A DNA stretch of 54,033 nt, counting the filler, from Jimgerdemannia flammicorona (Eukaryota), in NCBI GenBank assembly GCA_003990765.1. It is 3 parts of 3 records of this genome, joined end to end, with 100 filler letters (N's around TTAATTAATTAA, not from the genome) between each part and the next. Parts side by side here need not be neighbours in the genome. Positions count along the whole stretch, not along the records: positions 18,047 to 35,991 come from RBNJ01002354.1; 2 more parts are not named here. The stretch is one strand, 5' to 3'. The notes beneath the pieces are model-generated. The model saw only the letters and a program-made list of their open reading frames with translations, made no database searches and had not been told where the DNA came from. The position numbers and the translations under genes were made by a program. This document shows, piece after piece, positions 21,037 through 34,500 of this stretch (positions are counted from its first letter, which is position 1; every line of letters starts with the position of its first letter).

Positions 21037-23068
21037 TGTAAGAGAGTTGCTTTTTTAGGGTAACCATTATGTAGTTCTGGAAGGGTTTTCTGGAGGTTCT
21101 GGATATTCTGGAAGACTGTTTTCTTATGGTCAAGATCAATATCATATGGAGTACGTCCTCTATGCTTATTGATTTCAAGATCGGATTGAGGTCTCAACCA
21201 AAGTCCTTTTCCGGACTAGTTCTAGGTGTTCAGGATTTTTTCCATATTTCAGGAAGTTCAAGAAACTAAGACCAGCTTAGTTGAATTGGCATATCGCTGC
21301 AGACAATACCCAATTAGGAAATTTCGTGATGGGATTAGGAGTGAGACCTAACAGGGAACAGATTTACTTAAGAGTGGTTTATGGGTTATGGAATAGGTTT
21401 ATTTGCTATTCATGATATTGCTATACTAGGAGTAGTTGTGTGAAGGGTATTGTGGGGAAGTATTCAGGAATGTTCTTGTGTGTTTGAGTCTGAGATTCTG
21501 AGGTCTAGGGGAGGGGGTATTTATACTAGTGAGGGGCAATCTGGACTATGTTGAATATGGATATAGCACTAAGTACCTTGCTGAGTCAGAATGCAGTCAT
21601 ATAGTACAAGTGTGATCTGACATGTCAAGAGATCGTCTGACTGCTGAGTCAGTTCACAGTCATGTCGTACAAAGCTAATCTAACTATACTATGACTGCTA
21701 GGCTATTTATGGATTTAGGCGCTATCTGGGTAGTCTTCGATGACATCACTATCAATGACATCATCTCTGATAAAGTAGTCATCTAGAAAGAGTGGTTCGT
21801 GGATTACTTCTCCTTATTCGCTGAGGTAGTAATACATTGGGACTTTGTCTCCATCCCACAGGATAGCATCGTCTGTCTTGTAGGCTGGATAAGGTGTTGG
21901 TGGGTGAAGGATGGGTATATTGTCTTCGCTTTTGTCGGATTCACTGTCTGCGTACCTTCTATAGGTTATAGCACTATGAGTTGCAGGATTGTAGTAAGCT
22001 GGTGGCTGTGGTTCATGTTACTCGTACTCAGGTAGTGGAGTGGTTGGTTCAATCTCGAGGGTTGTCTGGAGGTACAGGTTGTATTCTCCGGTCTCCTCAT
22101 TGTAGTTGAAGTAGTCAGGGGTGAATATGGGTTGGTATTCGTACCAGTGGTCATTGTTCCAATAAGTCTCGTATGCAGTTATGAACTATTGCAAGTTCAT
22201 TGGCAAGTTTGGCGGTGTGATCAGGGTTGGCAGAGATCCTTGGCTAGAGGTCATGTCGGCATCAGAGGGATCATTGTCTTCTGCTTCATCTTCGTCGAAG
22301 TGGATTATATCGTAGACATCCTTCATGGCGTATCCGACTTGAGACATTTGCAGGATATGGTCATCAGGGTGCGGGAATGTTCTGTCTGTGGTCTGGATAT
22401 ATTCGAGGTACTTGTGGTTGAGTTCTTGTATCATGTCATCAATTTGGCCATAGGACAGGGTAGCAACCATTTCGCTAGTAGTGACTCGGAGGCAGGGAAT
22501 AAAGATGTTGTACTCATAGAAGAGTTCTCGATGTTTGCGGGCGATGAGCTTCTGGTGTTGAGACATCTGGGTAATGTCTGTATCATGGTGGTGTTTGACC
22601 ATGTCTTCTAGGAGGTGGCCAATCTGGTAGTAGCTTGAGATTTGTCTGATTCAGTGGGCCTTGCTAAGCATGTTCAGGGTGTTTCATCAGACTTCCATGA
22701 AGTAGAGGGGTGCCAGGCTATGGATATTCATAAGGGGCAGGGGGGGTGTGGCTTGGTTGACAATGGCATTCCAAATGTCAGCATGGATATGGTTGTAGAT
22801 CTCAGTGGTCATATTTGTGTGTTTGGAAGTTGTGGTTGTTGTTGGTTTTGGTTCTCTGATTCGACATGTCTTAGTGCTCAGTATATATGTATTTGGTCCT
22901 GATTGGTAAGATTCCGTTTGTGTAAATCTTGTGTTCCGTGACTTCGTATTGACTCAGCTTTGTGCGCTGTGACTTCGGTTTGACTAAGCTTCATGATCAA
23001 GCAGGTGATTTCCAGATTTGTTCAGAGGTCGCATGTAATTTTGGTGGCTTGGAGGTTGTGCACTTACA
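21037..23068 (-). repeat. B 3' LTR
   Basis: TGTAAG...CTTACA termini, near-identical to 29578-31585, adjacent to the PPT. Confidence 0.94.
21715..22812 (-). pseudogene. Family-B LTR accessory gene, 3' LTR copy (365 aa reconstructed)
   Basis: Same 1098-nt frame as 30233-31330. It has sense codons where the other copy has three of its stops. Confidence 0.78.
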
Positions 23069-23509
23069 ACTCTCCCCTTCTTAGCTTTCGACATCCTCAT
23101 TGGGGCCTTCTAATTTGTTCTAGTGTTGTTACACCATTTGGGAGGTCAACAGTCTAGTAAGGTCCATTTTCTCAGAAAGTGGCATGCTTGTAGTACAGTT
23201 GCCTAACACATTGGATTCACACGTTAAAGGGTCATATGTTCAATGCCATGTGCCGGAAGTGATTCTGACGTCATTCACTGCTGGAGAATTTCCTCTAAGG
23301 AATCTTCTTAAATGTCTACATCTTGTTTCCCACCAGTGGTACAGGGAGAATAGGCTTGCTTTCAGTTTTGCTATTTTTCCAGGGATTCGGTATTCTTGTC
23401 TTGTTTTGCTGAGTTCTTGACTTAGTTTGTAATAGTTATAATATTCAGGAGGGTAATATATAGTATGTATAGATAGGTGTAGAGTATTTGGTTCTAGTTG
23501 TTCAAGGAA

Positions 23510-26500
23510 TCATATTCCTGAACTAGGTCGGTAGCATTCTGGAGATTGGTCTTGGGTTCTCAGGTTGCATTGTGGATCGGGTAACCTTTCCATTTGACAA
23601 GGTACTCAGGGTGGTTCTTGTTACCACGTTTGTTGAGGATTTGTTCAACTTCATACTCTTCTTAGTCATTAATAATGACAGGTGCAGGTGGTTTGGTGGT
23701 CTGATTTGAAAATAGCTCGCCATCATTGTCATTGTATCACTTGAGACGTTGAACATTAAAGACTGGGTGAATCTTAATGGTGTCTGGTAGTGCCAGTTTA
23801 TAGGAGGTTAGAGAGACTTGTGTAATGACTTCAAATGGTCCAATGAACTTGCTGTTCAGCTTTATAGATAGTCTGTACTTGAGGTTGTCAACTCAGTATC
23901 CTCTGATGTCTAGTAGGACTTTTTCTCCAATATCAAAAGTTTCTTCTCGGCAGTATTGGTTAACATACTGTGACTGTTGTTCTTGAGCTCATAATAAATT
24001 CTCAATTGCGATCTGGCTTATTTTGCATATTCGGAGTAGGAATTCTTCAACAGCTTTGACTGTGGAGAGTTCATCAGTAGTTCGGATAAGTGTCAAAGGG
24101 GTGTTTGGGTTTTGTCCAGTATTAGCAAAGAATGGGGTCATTCCAAGAGAGGCTTGCTTGCTGTTGTTATAGGCAAACTCGACTGTGGTAAGATGTTCAT
24201 GCCAATCATCTTATCTGTAGGAGACATAGTTCCTTAGCATTTGTTCCAGAGTTCGGTTCATTCTTTCAGTTTGGCCATCAGTTTCAGGGTGAAAGGCTGT
24301 GGATAGTGCAAGTTTCATTCCAAGGTATGCATGGAGGGCTTCCCAAAAATAGCTGGTGAACTTCGGATCTCAGTCACTAATAATGATCTTAGGAAGACCA
24401 TGATGGCAGAAGATGTTGTCAAACAAGAGTGTAGCTATGTCTGGTGCTGTTGCAGTAGTGGTAGTAGGCACAAAGTGGGCTTGTTTGCTGAGATAGTCTA
24501 CAAAGATAACAATTGTATCTTTTCTGTTCTTGGTTCGGAGTAGTTGTACAATGAAGTCCATAGAGATTTGTTCCCAATTTGCGGATGGTACTGAGATAGG
24601 GTGAAGTAAGCTGGGTTTTGCTAGTGTTGAGGACTTGTTTCATTGGCAGGCATCACAGGAAGTGATGTAGGTCTTGAGCTGATCTGCCATATGGGGCCAA
24701 TAGAAGTTTCAGGAGATAACTTTGTAACATTTATCAAATCCTAAATGTCCAGCTGTAGGGGCATCTTGACATTCAAATAGGATAGTCCTTCGGAGGTCTC
24801 AGTTGTTTGGAACATACAATCTGTCCTTGTAGTAGATAGCATTGTCCTTGAGTTGGTATTGATTGTACTGGGTATACTTGTCAGCATCATCATTGTTCAG
24901 GATTTCTCGGAGTGCTTGAGCTTCTTTATCATCAACATATGCTGCGATGATTTGTTCCATGATAGTGTTGGTAACCAAGGTCAGAGTTTGGATAATCTCT
25001 TCAATTGGTGGTCTGGAGATTGCATCGGTAACAATATTTTCCTTACCAGGGTGGTACTGGATTTCATAGTCAAAGTTGGTGAGGACTTTCATCCATCTAG
25101 CTTGCTTTCAGGAAAGGGTAGCCTGTATCTTGATGTTGACTAATGACTTGTGGTTGGTCAATACAGTGAAGTGTGCTCCTTCTAGATATGATTGCCATTT
25201 GATCAGAGTGTCTACGATGGCTAGTATTTCCTTCTCGTGAGTTGCATAGTTGATTTCAGCATCATTGAACTTGTGGGAGTGATAGGCCACAGGGTGTCCT
25301 TCTTGCATGAGCACTGCTCCAAGAGCTAGGTCAGAGGCATCAGTGGTGACTTCATATGGTAGGGCAGGGTTTGCTGCTTGAAGTACTGGTGTGGTTATCA
25401 GAGTATCTTTCAGTACTTGGAAGGCGGTATCTTGTTTGTGTCCCCAATTTACAAGATTGTTGAAGATTTTCTCTTGTTTCATGGTCCAGGGTTGTTCTTG
25501 TTTCTTGCTGTGCTTGGTCATTTGGGTGAGGGCAGTAGTGATTTTAGCAAAGTTGGCAACAAATCGCCTGTAATAGTTTGCTAATCCCAGGAATGACTGG
25601 AGGTCTTTCAGCTTCTTGGGTGTGGGCCAATCTTTGATTGCAGAGATTTTGCTGGGGTCCACTTTGATTCCATTTGGTGTGACAATGTGTCCAAGGAATT
25701 GAATTTCTTTCAGAAGAAATTCACACTTGCTGAGTTTTGCAAAGAGTCTGTTTTCTCAGAGTTTCAGTAGTACTAGTTCAAGGTGTTCAAGATGTTCCTC
25801 CAGAGTTTTGCTGAAAACTAGGATGTCGTCAATGTAGACAACAATGAATTTGTCTAGGTATGGATGCAGAATGGTATTCATCAGTGTCTGGAAGGTTGCT
25901 GGAGCATTAGTTAAGCCAAAGGGTATAACCAGGAACTCAAAGTGTCCATAGTGTGTTTGGAAAGCTGTCTTGTAGATGTCTTCTTCTTTCATGGCAATTT
26001 GCCAGTAACCATTTCACAGGTCAAAGGAGCTCATGAATTGTGGGTTGGTGAGCCTATCGAATATTTCATCAATCCTCAGTAGTGGGCAACAGTTCTTGAT
26101 GGTCTGCTCATTGAGATCATGGTAGTCAATGCACATTCGCAGATCTCCTCCTTTTTTGACAACAAAGAGGACTGGTGCACCATAGGGTGATATGCTGGGT
26201 CTGATGAATCCTTGTTCTAGGAGTTCATCGATTTCCTTCTTGAGTGCATCAATTTCTCTCGGAGACATGTAGTAAATTGACTTGAAGGCTGGTTTGGCAT
26301 CTGGGATAGTCTTGATTACATGGTTTACTGCTTGTTTGGGAGGTAGGCCTTTCGGGAGCTTCTTTGGGAATATGTCTTGGAATTTCTGGAGTAGTGGTCT
26401 GACACGGTTGTCAACTTTGGAAAAATCTTCTTCAGAGTTCTCGGGTTCTCCTTTGGATGGTCGGATGGAGATAGCGAAGAGAGGGCATTTCTTGGCCAAT

Positions 26501-29480
26501 TTTTTGAGTTGTAGCTTATTGATGTGGGTGATCTTTGGTCCAGGGTCCCTAAAGTTGAGTGGGTCCTTTTCGCCTTATAGTTTGAAGTTGTGGTGTCCTT
26601 TCTTGATGGTCAGGGAATGGTTTACCCAATCAATCATGGGGTTCTCTTGTTTTAACCATGGAGTCCCAAGGATGATTTCATTGTCAGGAAGTGGTATGAT
26701 TTGGAGGGTAACATATACTCAGTAGTCACCAATTCAGAAGGGTAGATTGTGGACTTCTTTGCTAATAACATGTGAGGTTTCATCAGCTATAGCAACTGCT
26801 TGAGTTTGCTGTACTGGAGAGTTGAAGACCTTGAGTCTGTTGGCTGTCTCTTCATTGATAAAGTTGCCTGAGGCACCACTGTCTATCATAATCTTGACAG
26901 GTGCTCCGTTGACAAAAGCCTTAAGGGTGAGCAGTTTGTCTGATCCAATGCTGGTGATTTCAGTTGTAGGAGCTTTCCTTCTGTTGGTTCTTCTTTGAGC
27001 CAGTTCATTGACACAAGAGAAGCAATCATCAATCATTCGGGAAGAGTATATTCCAATGCCATAAGAGCATTGGCCACTTGGTATATATCCATCTTCAATC
27101 TTCTTGTAGAATTGTTCTTCTTTGCTCATGGTAGGTTGAGCTGTGGCCTTGTTTGATGAGCCAAATCCTTTGGATCCTCAGATGGTGGGCAGTAGTTCAG
27201 GGACTTCCTTGACTGTCAGGGTTGACTCGATTTTTTCGAATAGAATCTGGGCAATGCAGAAACCAATAGGGATCTTGAAGGGTGTCTAACTGTGGTTTCG
27301 AATGAGGACAATAATTTCACCTGTGTAATCCTCATCAATGACTCCTCCTTCTACTGAGAGTCCTTTCAATGCTAGGCTGCTGCGACAGTATATTCTTCCA
27401 ACATATCCTTCAGGGATTTGGATACTGATTCCTGTGTAGACTTGTTTGACTTCTCGGTTGGAAACTGTAGCTTCTTTGGCTGCATACAGGTCATATCCAG
27501 CTGCTTTTTGACTTCCTTTGGTTGGGGCCTTAGCAGTTTGTCTTAGCTTGACAAAGTCTAGTGTTCTGGTGGTCAGGTTGTTGAGGTGGTGCAGAGTGGT
27601 AACAGTAGCTCATGTTGCTGTTCAGGGTTTTCGGTTGGGGCAGGCACTGGCCATGTGTCCTGTCTTTCAGCAATAGAAGCATGCTCTGCTTCTTCGAAGT
27701 TCATTTCTTTCGCCTTCAGTAAGTTTCTTAAAGGTACTTGGCTGGGTGGGTTCATGATTTCTGGGTGTCTAAGAGGTGGATGTGGAGGGAGCTTGAGATG
27801 CTTCATGCTTGGGTTCTTCTTTCTTGGTCCAAGTCTTTTCCTTGTTGTTGAATTGCCTTCGTGGCAGAATTGTTCCAGCTGTTAGGATTCGCTTGACCAT
27901 GGTCTTGATTCTTGCTAGGCACTATTGTTGGTGATCACAGCCAACTGGGCAGCCTTGTTCTCGGATTTTTCTAGTAAGCCATTCAGGCAGGGCATCAAAT
28001 AAATGTTCTGCTCTTGTACCATTTCGTACTTCGTCATTGGCAATATATTCTAGGCCAACCATGTTCAGGAGTGACTCGAGTTTTGTACAGAAGGTTTCAA
28101 ATTCTTCTTTGTCATGTACATTGAATTTGAGGTTGTGGAGTTTTACTCGAGATTCAGCAATCATGGTCTCACTGCAATATTGAGCAATCATGAGTTGTTT
28201 GAGTCCAGGGGCTGCAGGATGGGCTCCATATTCTGGGGCATTGTTTGCTGCATTCTGAGCAACTACTGCAGGTTGGGTATCCCATGTGAGGGGTTTTTCA
28301 GGAAGGGTTTGCCATCATTCTTCAGCAGGTCCTCGGAAGAATGTAACAACTTGGCGGACATAGGCTGTAGTTGTAGCAAAGAGTTGTTCCAGGGTGTGGT
28401 CTTGATTGTTTATCAGAATGCAGTCAGCAACTCGCTCATTGGTCCATTGATTGGCTTCAAAGTTGGTGTTAACTATACTAATGAAGCTTTGGACTTCTTG
28501 TACAGTACCATTGAAGGTAGGTAGGCTCAGATTTTTGGTAGGTTGGGTCTGTTCAGCTAATGCAGTAATGGTTGCTGCCATTATAGCTACTTGAGCTGTG
28601 AGGTCTAGAATCTGTTGGTTCACCATGTTGTTTACTGGAGGCAGTTGGACTGCTGGTAGTGGTGTTACTGGTACTACTTGAGATACTGGTGCAGAGTGTG
28701 ATGGGGTTCTTTGGGTCTGTGTAAGTTGCTGGAGTAGTAGTTGTGGATCTGGAGTGAGGGCTTGATAGATAGCTATTTGTTGCTGTATAGGTATATTCTG
28801 TCCTGATGGAAGTGCATCTCCTTCAGTGGTATATCCAGGATCGAATTCAGTGAGATACTCCTCCTCTTCTTCAGTTTGGTCCCTGTGTAATTGGGTTTGC
28901 TCGATGTCGAAGTAGACAGAATCAGTTGTATATCTGATTTCAGATGGACTTAATTCAAAGTCAAGTTCAGGTTCAGTGTTGGTTTCAGATTCAGGTAGGG
29001 CTGTAGCAGAGCCTGCTTCAGATTCAGGGTCAGGTAGTTGATGAAGAGTTTCTCTTGCTTCTTCCTTAAGGATATGGCAGGCCTTGCTGTTCTGGAATCA
29101 GTAGTATAAGGTGGTCTTGGTCCTGGTATGGTGGAAGTCGGTAGAGTTGAGCCACTTGGCTACAGAGACTTGGGCTTTGTGAGGAACTAAGGCTAGAAAG
29201 ACTGCTGCTAGTTGTCCTAGATCGCTCAGATTTGTGGAGCTGACAAAACTCTTATTGAGAAGAGTAAAGAAGGCTTCAATAAGACCTTCTTTGTCTTGAC
29301 TTGCTGGGTGTAGTGCAAGGAGTTTGGTGAATAGGGTTTCGCCTATTTGCTGGTTTAACCTGAGTACTTCTTTCTTTGAATGAAGTTTGTCCCACTTGTT
29401 GCAGGTGTGGAGGTCAAATTGTCCTTATATGTCAGGTTCAATTCTCTTCAGATTGTCAGATGGTTCAAGATAAATTCCAG
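23510..29480 (-). pseudogene. B gag-pol: N-terminal extension, capsid, CCHC, dUTPase, protease, RT, RNase H, integrase, chromodomain
   Basis: CFYC*KTGHMASAC ~27645-27685; IMIDSGASGNFI ~26880; SPYGAPVLFVVKKGGDLRMCIDY and [39 protein letters not shown]...YLVKWKGY...ATWEP ~23540-23660. Confidence 0.93.
27160..27562 (-). pseudogene. dUTPase domain between the Gag zinc knuckle and protease (B)
   Basis: KAPTKGSQKAAGYDLYA...RSSLALKGLSVEGGVIDEDYTGEI...IAQ...GSKGFGSS on the minus strand. Confidence 0.92.
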
Positions 29481-29577
29481 TTCAGTATACCAACTTATAG
29501 GAATTTGCAGAGGGGTTTGTAGCGGGATGAGGAAGTGTCTTGAAGCGGAATTGGATTGTAAACTGCTGCTACCAAGT

Positions 29578-31585
29578 TGTAAGAGGGTTGCTTTTTTAGG
29601 GTAATCATTATGTAGTTCTGGAAGGGTTTTCTGGAGGTTCTGGATATTCTGGAAGACCATTTTCTTATAGTCAAGATCAATATCATATGGAGTACGTCCT
29701 CTACGCTTATTGATTTCAAGATCAGGTTGATGTCTCAACCAAAGTCCTTTTCCGGACTAGTTCTAGGTATTCAGGATTTTTTCCGTATTTCAGGAAGTTC
29801 AAGAAACTAAGACCAGCTTAGTTGAATTGGCATATTGCTGCAGACAATATCCAATTAGGAAATTTCATGATGGGATTAGGAGTGGGACCTAACAGGGAAC
29901 AGATTTACTTAAGAGTGGTTTATGGGTTATGGAATAGGTTTATTTGCTATTCATGATATTGCTATACTAGGAGTAGTTGTGTAAAGGGATATTGTGGGGA
30001 AGTATTCAGGAATGTTCTTGTGTGTTTGAGTCTGGTATTTATACTAGTGAGGGGCTATCTGGACTATGCTGAATATGGATGTAGCACTAAGTGTCTTGCT
30101 GAGTTGGAATACAGTCACATAGTACAAGTGTGATCTGACATGTCAAGAGATCATCTGACTGCTAAGTCAGTTCACAGTCATGTCATACAAAGCTAATCTA
30201 ACTATACTATAACTGCTAGGCTATTTATAGATTTAGGCGCTGTCTGGGTAGTCTTCAATGACATTACTATCAATGACATCATCTCTGATAAAGTAGTCAT
30301 CTAGGAAGAGTGGTTCGTAGATTACTTCTCCTTGTTCGCTGAGGTAGTAATACATTGGGACTTCGTCTCCATCCTACAGGATAGCATCGTCTGTCTCGTA
30401 GGCTAGATAAGGTGTTGGTGGGCGAAGAATGGGTGTATTGTCTTCACTTTTGTCAGATTCACTGTCTGCATACCTTCTATAGGTTACAGCACTATGAGTT
30501 GCAGGATTGTAGTAAGCAGGCAGCTATGGTTCATGTCGCTCATACTCAGGTGGTGGAGTGGTTGGTTCAATCTCGAGGGTTGTCTGGAGGTACAGGTTGT
30601 GTTCTCCAGTCTCCTCATTATAGTTGAAGTAGTCAGGGGTGAATGTGGGTTGGTATTTGTGCCAGTGGTCATTGTTTCAATAAGTCTCATATGCAGTTAT
30701 GAACTGTTGCAAGTTCATCAGCAAGTTTGGTGGTGTGATCAGGGTTGGCAGAGATCCTTGGCTAGAGGTCATATCAGCATCAGAGGGATTATTGTCTTCT
30801 GCTTCATCTTCATCGAAGTGGATTATATCGTAGATGTCCTTCATGGCGTATCTGACTTGAGGCATTTGCAGGATATGGTCATCAGGGTGCAGGAAGGTTC
30901 TGTCTGTGGTCTGGACATATTCGAGGTACTTGTGGTTGAGTTCTTGTATCATATCATCGATTTGGCCATAGGACAGGGTAGTAACCATTTCGCTGGTAGT
31001 GACTCGGAGGCGGGGAATAAAGGTGTTGTACTCATAGAAGAGTTCTCGATGTTTGTGGGCGATGAGCTTCTGGTGTTGAGACATCTGGGTAATGTCTGTA
31101 TTATGGTGGTGTTCAACCATGTCTTCCAGGAGGCGGCCAATCTGGTAGTAGCTTGAGATTTGTCCAATTCGGTGGGCCTCGCTAAGCATGTTCAGGGCAT
31201 TCCATCAGGCTTCCACGAAGTAGAGGGGTGCCAGGCTATGGATATTCATAAGGGGCAGGGGGGGTGTGGCTCGGTTGACAATGGCATTCCAAATGTCAGT
31301 GCGGATACGGTTGTAAATCTCAGTGGTCATGTTTGTGTGTTTGGAAGTTGTGGTTGTGTTTGTTTTGGTTCTCTGATTCGATGCGTCTTGGTGCTCAGTA
31401 TATATGTATTTGGTCCTGATTGGTAAGATTCTGTTTGTGTAAATCTTGTGTTCCATGACTTTGTATTGACTCAGCTTTATACACTGTGACTTCGGTTTGA
31501 CTCAGCTTCGTGATCAAGCAGGTGATTTCCAGATTTGTTCAGAGGTCGCATGTAATTTTGATGGCTTGGAGGTTGTGTGCTTACA
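29578..31585 (-). repeat. B 5' LTR
   Basis: Paired with 21037-23068. The PBS abuts its inner end. Confidence 0.94.
30233..31330 (-). pseudogene. Family-B LTR accessory gene, 5' LTR copy (365 aa reconstructed)
   Basis: ORFs 31205-31456 and 30677-31189 are in one frame separated by a TGA. The frame continues through point stops to TAA at 30233: MTTEIYNRIRTDIW...YYQIGRLL...IAHKHRELF..FIPRL, then an acidic/Pro-rich tail. Confidence 0.8.
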
Positions 31586-34500
31586 AAGACACTACTCCAG
31601 TCTCAGGAGAAAGTGAAAGCAAAAAAGAACAGAAGCTGTGCAAGATCAAGATCCACTAGTATGATATCTACAAGGACCTTAAGAAACAGAAGGTCAATGT
31701 TACTTTTGAATAACTAGTTGAAGTTCCTGCCTTTAGACAGTAGTTGAGAGTAGGACTTGCAACTACTGTCAAGAATCAAGAGTATAAGATTGTAGAAGCT
31801 CACAATATATAAGAAGAATCTGAAGACCAGTGCAAGATATCAGCCTATACCCCATGTCAGATTGAATATTATATCTTTAATACTATTACTGATATCAGTA
31901 CTGAAGGATGCCTCATAAGTAAGAAGATAATTGACCACCTAGGTTGAGATATTGAAGAGTCCACCAAGATGGTCTATGTTACAGCAGATAGTACATGAGC
32001 TACTCTTCTAAGTAAGATCTAAAAAGTACCCATCAAGATAGGAGGAGCTACCATTCTAGTAGATGTGATTGTTATAAGTACCACCAACTATGACATCCTT
32101 ATTGGCAACCAATGGCTTTACAAGACCAAGACTGTTATTGATCTCAATGCTCAGAAGATACAGATCAACTATAGAGAAAAAAAGATATGAGTCTCTATCA
32201 ATATTCATAAAGGAGTACTACCAAACATAAAGAAAGAAGATGAAGAAGACACAGAAGTCTTCATATACTCAGTATATAAGAACAAGAGCAAGACACCCAA
32301 GCTTACAGATGAGCAGTGGTACAACAAGATTCTCAATAACTATGCTCCTCAAGGAAGATGCCTCTATGATACTAGAATGTACTGCTCTGAACACTTGAAT
32401 GACTGCTGGTCCTGTATCAGTAAAGTTAGGAAAATCTACCAACAAAAATATGAGCAAGAAGCTGCTGAAGCAAAAAGGAAAGCTGAAGAAGATGATCAGC
32501 TCTCAGAGCTTTAAGCTGACAGTAATGACAAGGAGGAACAAGAACCAGACATCACCCTCAAGATTAAGAAGTTTTACTCCAAAGCTAAGATTCTAGAATA
32601 TAAGACCAAAGGAGCCATAGAAATAGACCTTACTAGCATTCAAGATGCTACCCTTGAACCACAGACTACTGCTCTACTTGGCACTGAAATTGAAGTCAAG
32701 TTGTCAGAGAACTATGCTGAAATTATCAAGATCAGGAGCAGTCTGGCAAAAAGAGAAATCTCAGATGAAGGAGGAGTAATTGACTCTGATTACATCAGTG
32801 AGATCATCCTCATAGTTAGGAATCACAACTCCACTACCCCATTCAAAGTCAAGAAGTATGATAGGATTGCCCAGATGCTGATTCATAAAATCAAGAAGCC
32901 CAAGATCACTGAAGCCATTGAACTTATTAAGACCAAGAGAGGAGAACAAGACTTTGGATCTACTGAAAGAGGAGTCTATGCTGTCATCAAGATTACCAAA
33001 CTTGAGCACAAGAAAGACAAGGACCAGAACAAGTACACATATACCATTGGAGAAAACTTTCTCTAGAAGAACAACTTCTCAAGATTCTGCACCAGAATGA
33101 AAGAGTACTTGCAACAGACTTCAGGAACATTTACAATCAAGAATCCAAAACTATTATAAAGTTGACACTGGCAATACCAAGCCCATCTACCAGAAAGCCA
33201 GATCTATACCACCTATCTACAGAGAATGGCTGCAAGCAGAACTCAAGGAAATAGAAGAAGCTGGAATCATCAAGCAAGCTATTAGCCTCTGGGCTTCACC
33301 TATTATCCTCCCCAAAGAAAGAAAGCAAGTCTAGAGAGTTTGCCCCAAGACTCTATATTGATTACAGGAAGCTCAATATAATCACCAAAAAGGATAGGCA
33401 ACCCTTGCCAAATATTTAAGAAATCCATACCTCTTGGAAGCAAAGCTAGATACTATACCATCTTGGATCTATTCTCAGGCTTCCATCAGATTGGTCTTAC
33501 TTAAGATGCCAGTGAGAAATCAGCCTTCATCATACCTAATGCCACCTATATCTACCTGTGAATGCTATTTGGAATATATAATACTCCAACAGAGTCTTCA
33601 GTAATGAGATTGGAAAATGGCTTTTTGTCTATGATCATCTTCAACAATACTATATAGAACATATCAACTACATATAGCTAGCCCTCAAGAAGCTCAAGAA
33701 ATATGGCCTCTATATTAAGCTCAAGAAATACAAGTTTGTAGCTCAGAAAATTGCCTACCTAGGACACCTTATCAACTAAACCAGAATTTACATAGACTCT
33801 ATAAAGATTGAGGCTATTGCAGCCTACCCAAGACTCAGAACAACTATAGAAATCCATGCCTTCCTTAGACTGGCCTCTTACTATAAAAGATTCATTAAAG
33901 GATACTTCAACATTACAGCATCTATCTATAAGCTACTGAAGAAGGAGACCAAATTCAAATGGACCAAGAAACACTAAGAAATCTTCAATAAACTCAAAAC
34001 CAGGTTGATCTAAGCATCTATCCTCAGAAGACCAGATTGGAATCTAGAGTTCATCCTACAGATAGATATAAGCTATAGGACTTGGAGCAGTCCTAGCTCA
34101 AAAGAAAGATAGATATGAATATGACATCTCCTATGTAAGCTGAGGTACTCATAGAGTAGAACAGAACTATGAGTCATATAAGCTTGAATACTTAGCAGTA
34201 GTTTGGGTAGTAGACAAGTTCCACTACTATCTAGCTAGGAAATACTTCACTATTCAAACAGACCATTTTGCTCTCACCTAGCTATTCTATACTCTGAACC
34301 TCAAAGAAATATATACCAGATGAATCTATAGGCTGCAAGAGTATAACTATACTGTTAAGTACTACTCAGGAAGAATCAATGCCAATACTGATATACTCTC
34401 AAGGATACTCTAAAATACCTCCATCAAGACTATTCAACATAAATAAGGAGCTATACTATGGATTAATCAGCTACTTTGGACAGCAGAAGATGTCCAACCA

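Larger units (their letters stand above)
21037..31585 (-). mobile_element. Full-length chromovirus-type Ty3/Gypsy element B nested in A2
   Basis: 5-bp TSD AAGAC (21032-21036 and 31586-31590), ~2-kb LTRs, PBS TGGTAGCAGC (minus strand, ~29565-29574, iMet-like), PPT AAGAAGGGGAGAGT (23069-23082), chromodomain. Confidence 0.96.

Noticed and set aside
23083..23500. Extra ORF between the B chromodomain and PPT (likewise C 40080-40620)
   Set aside because: The frames I read contain stops, and I saw no similarity to other elements that would identify a coding frame.
30494..31156. 220-aa hydrophobic plus-strand ORF as a possible membrane/Env protein (also 22132-22611, 1607-2038)
   Set aside because: Antisense to the accessory ORF. 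The hydrophobicity mirrors A-rich sense codons, and cross-family conservation is on the other strand.
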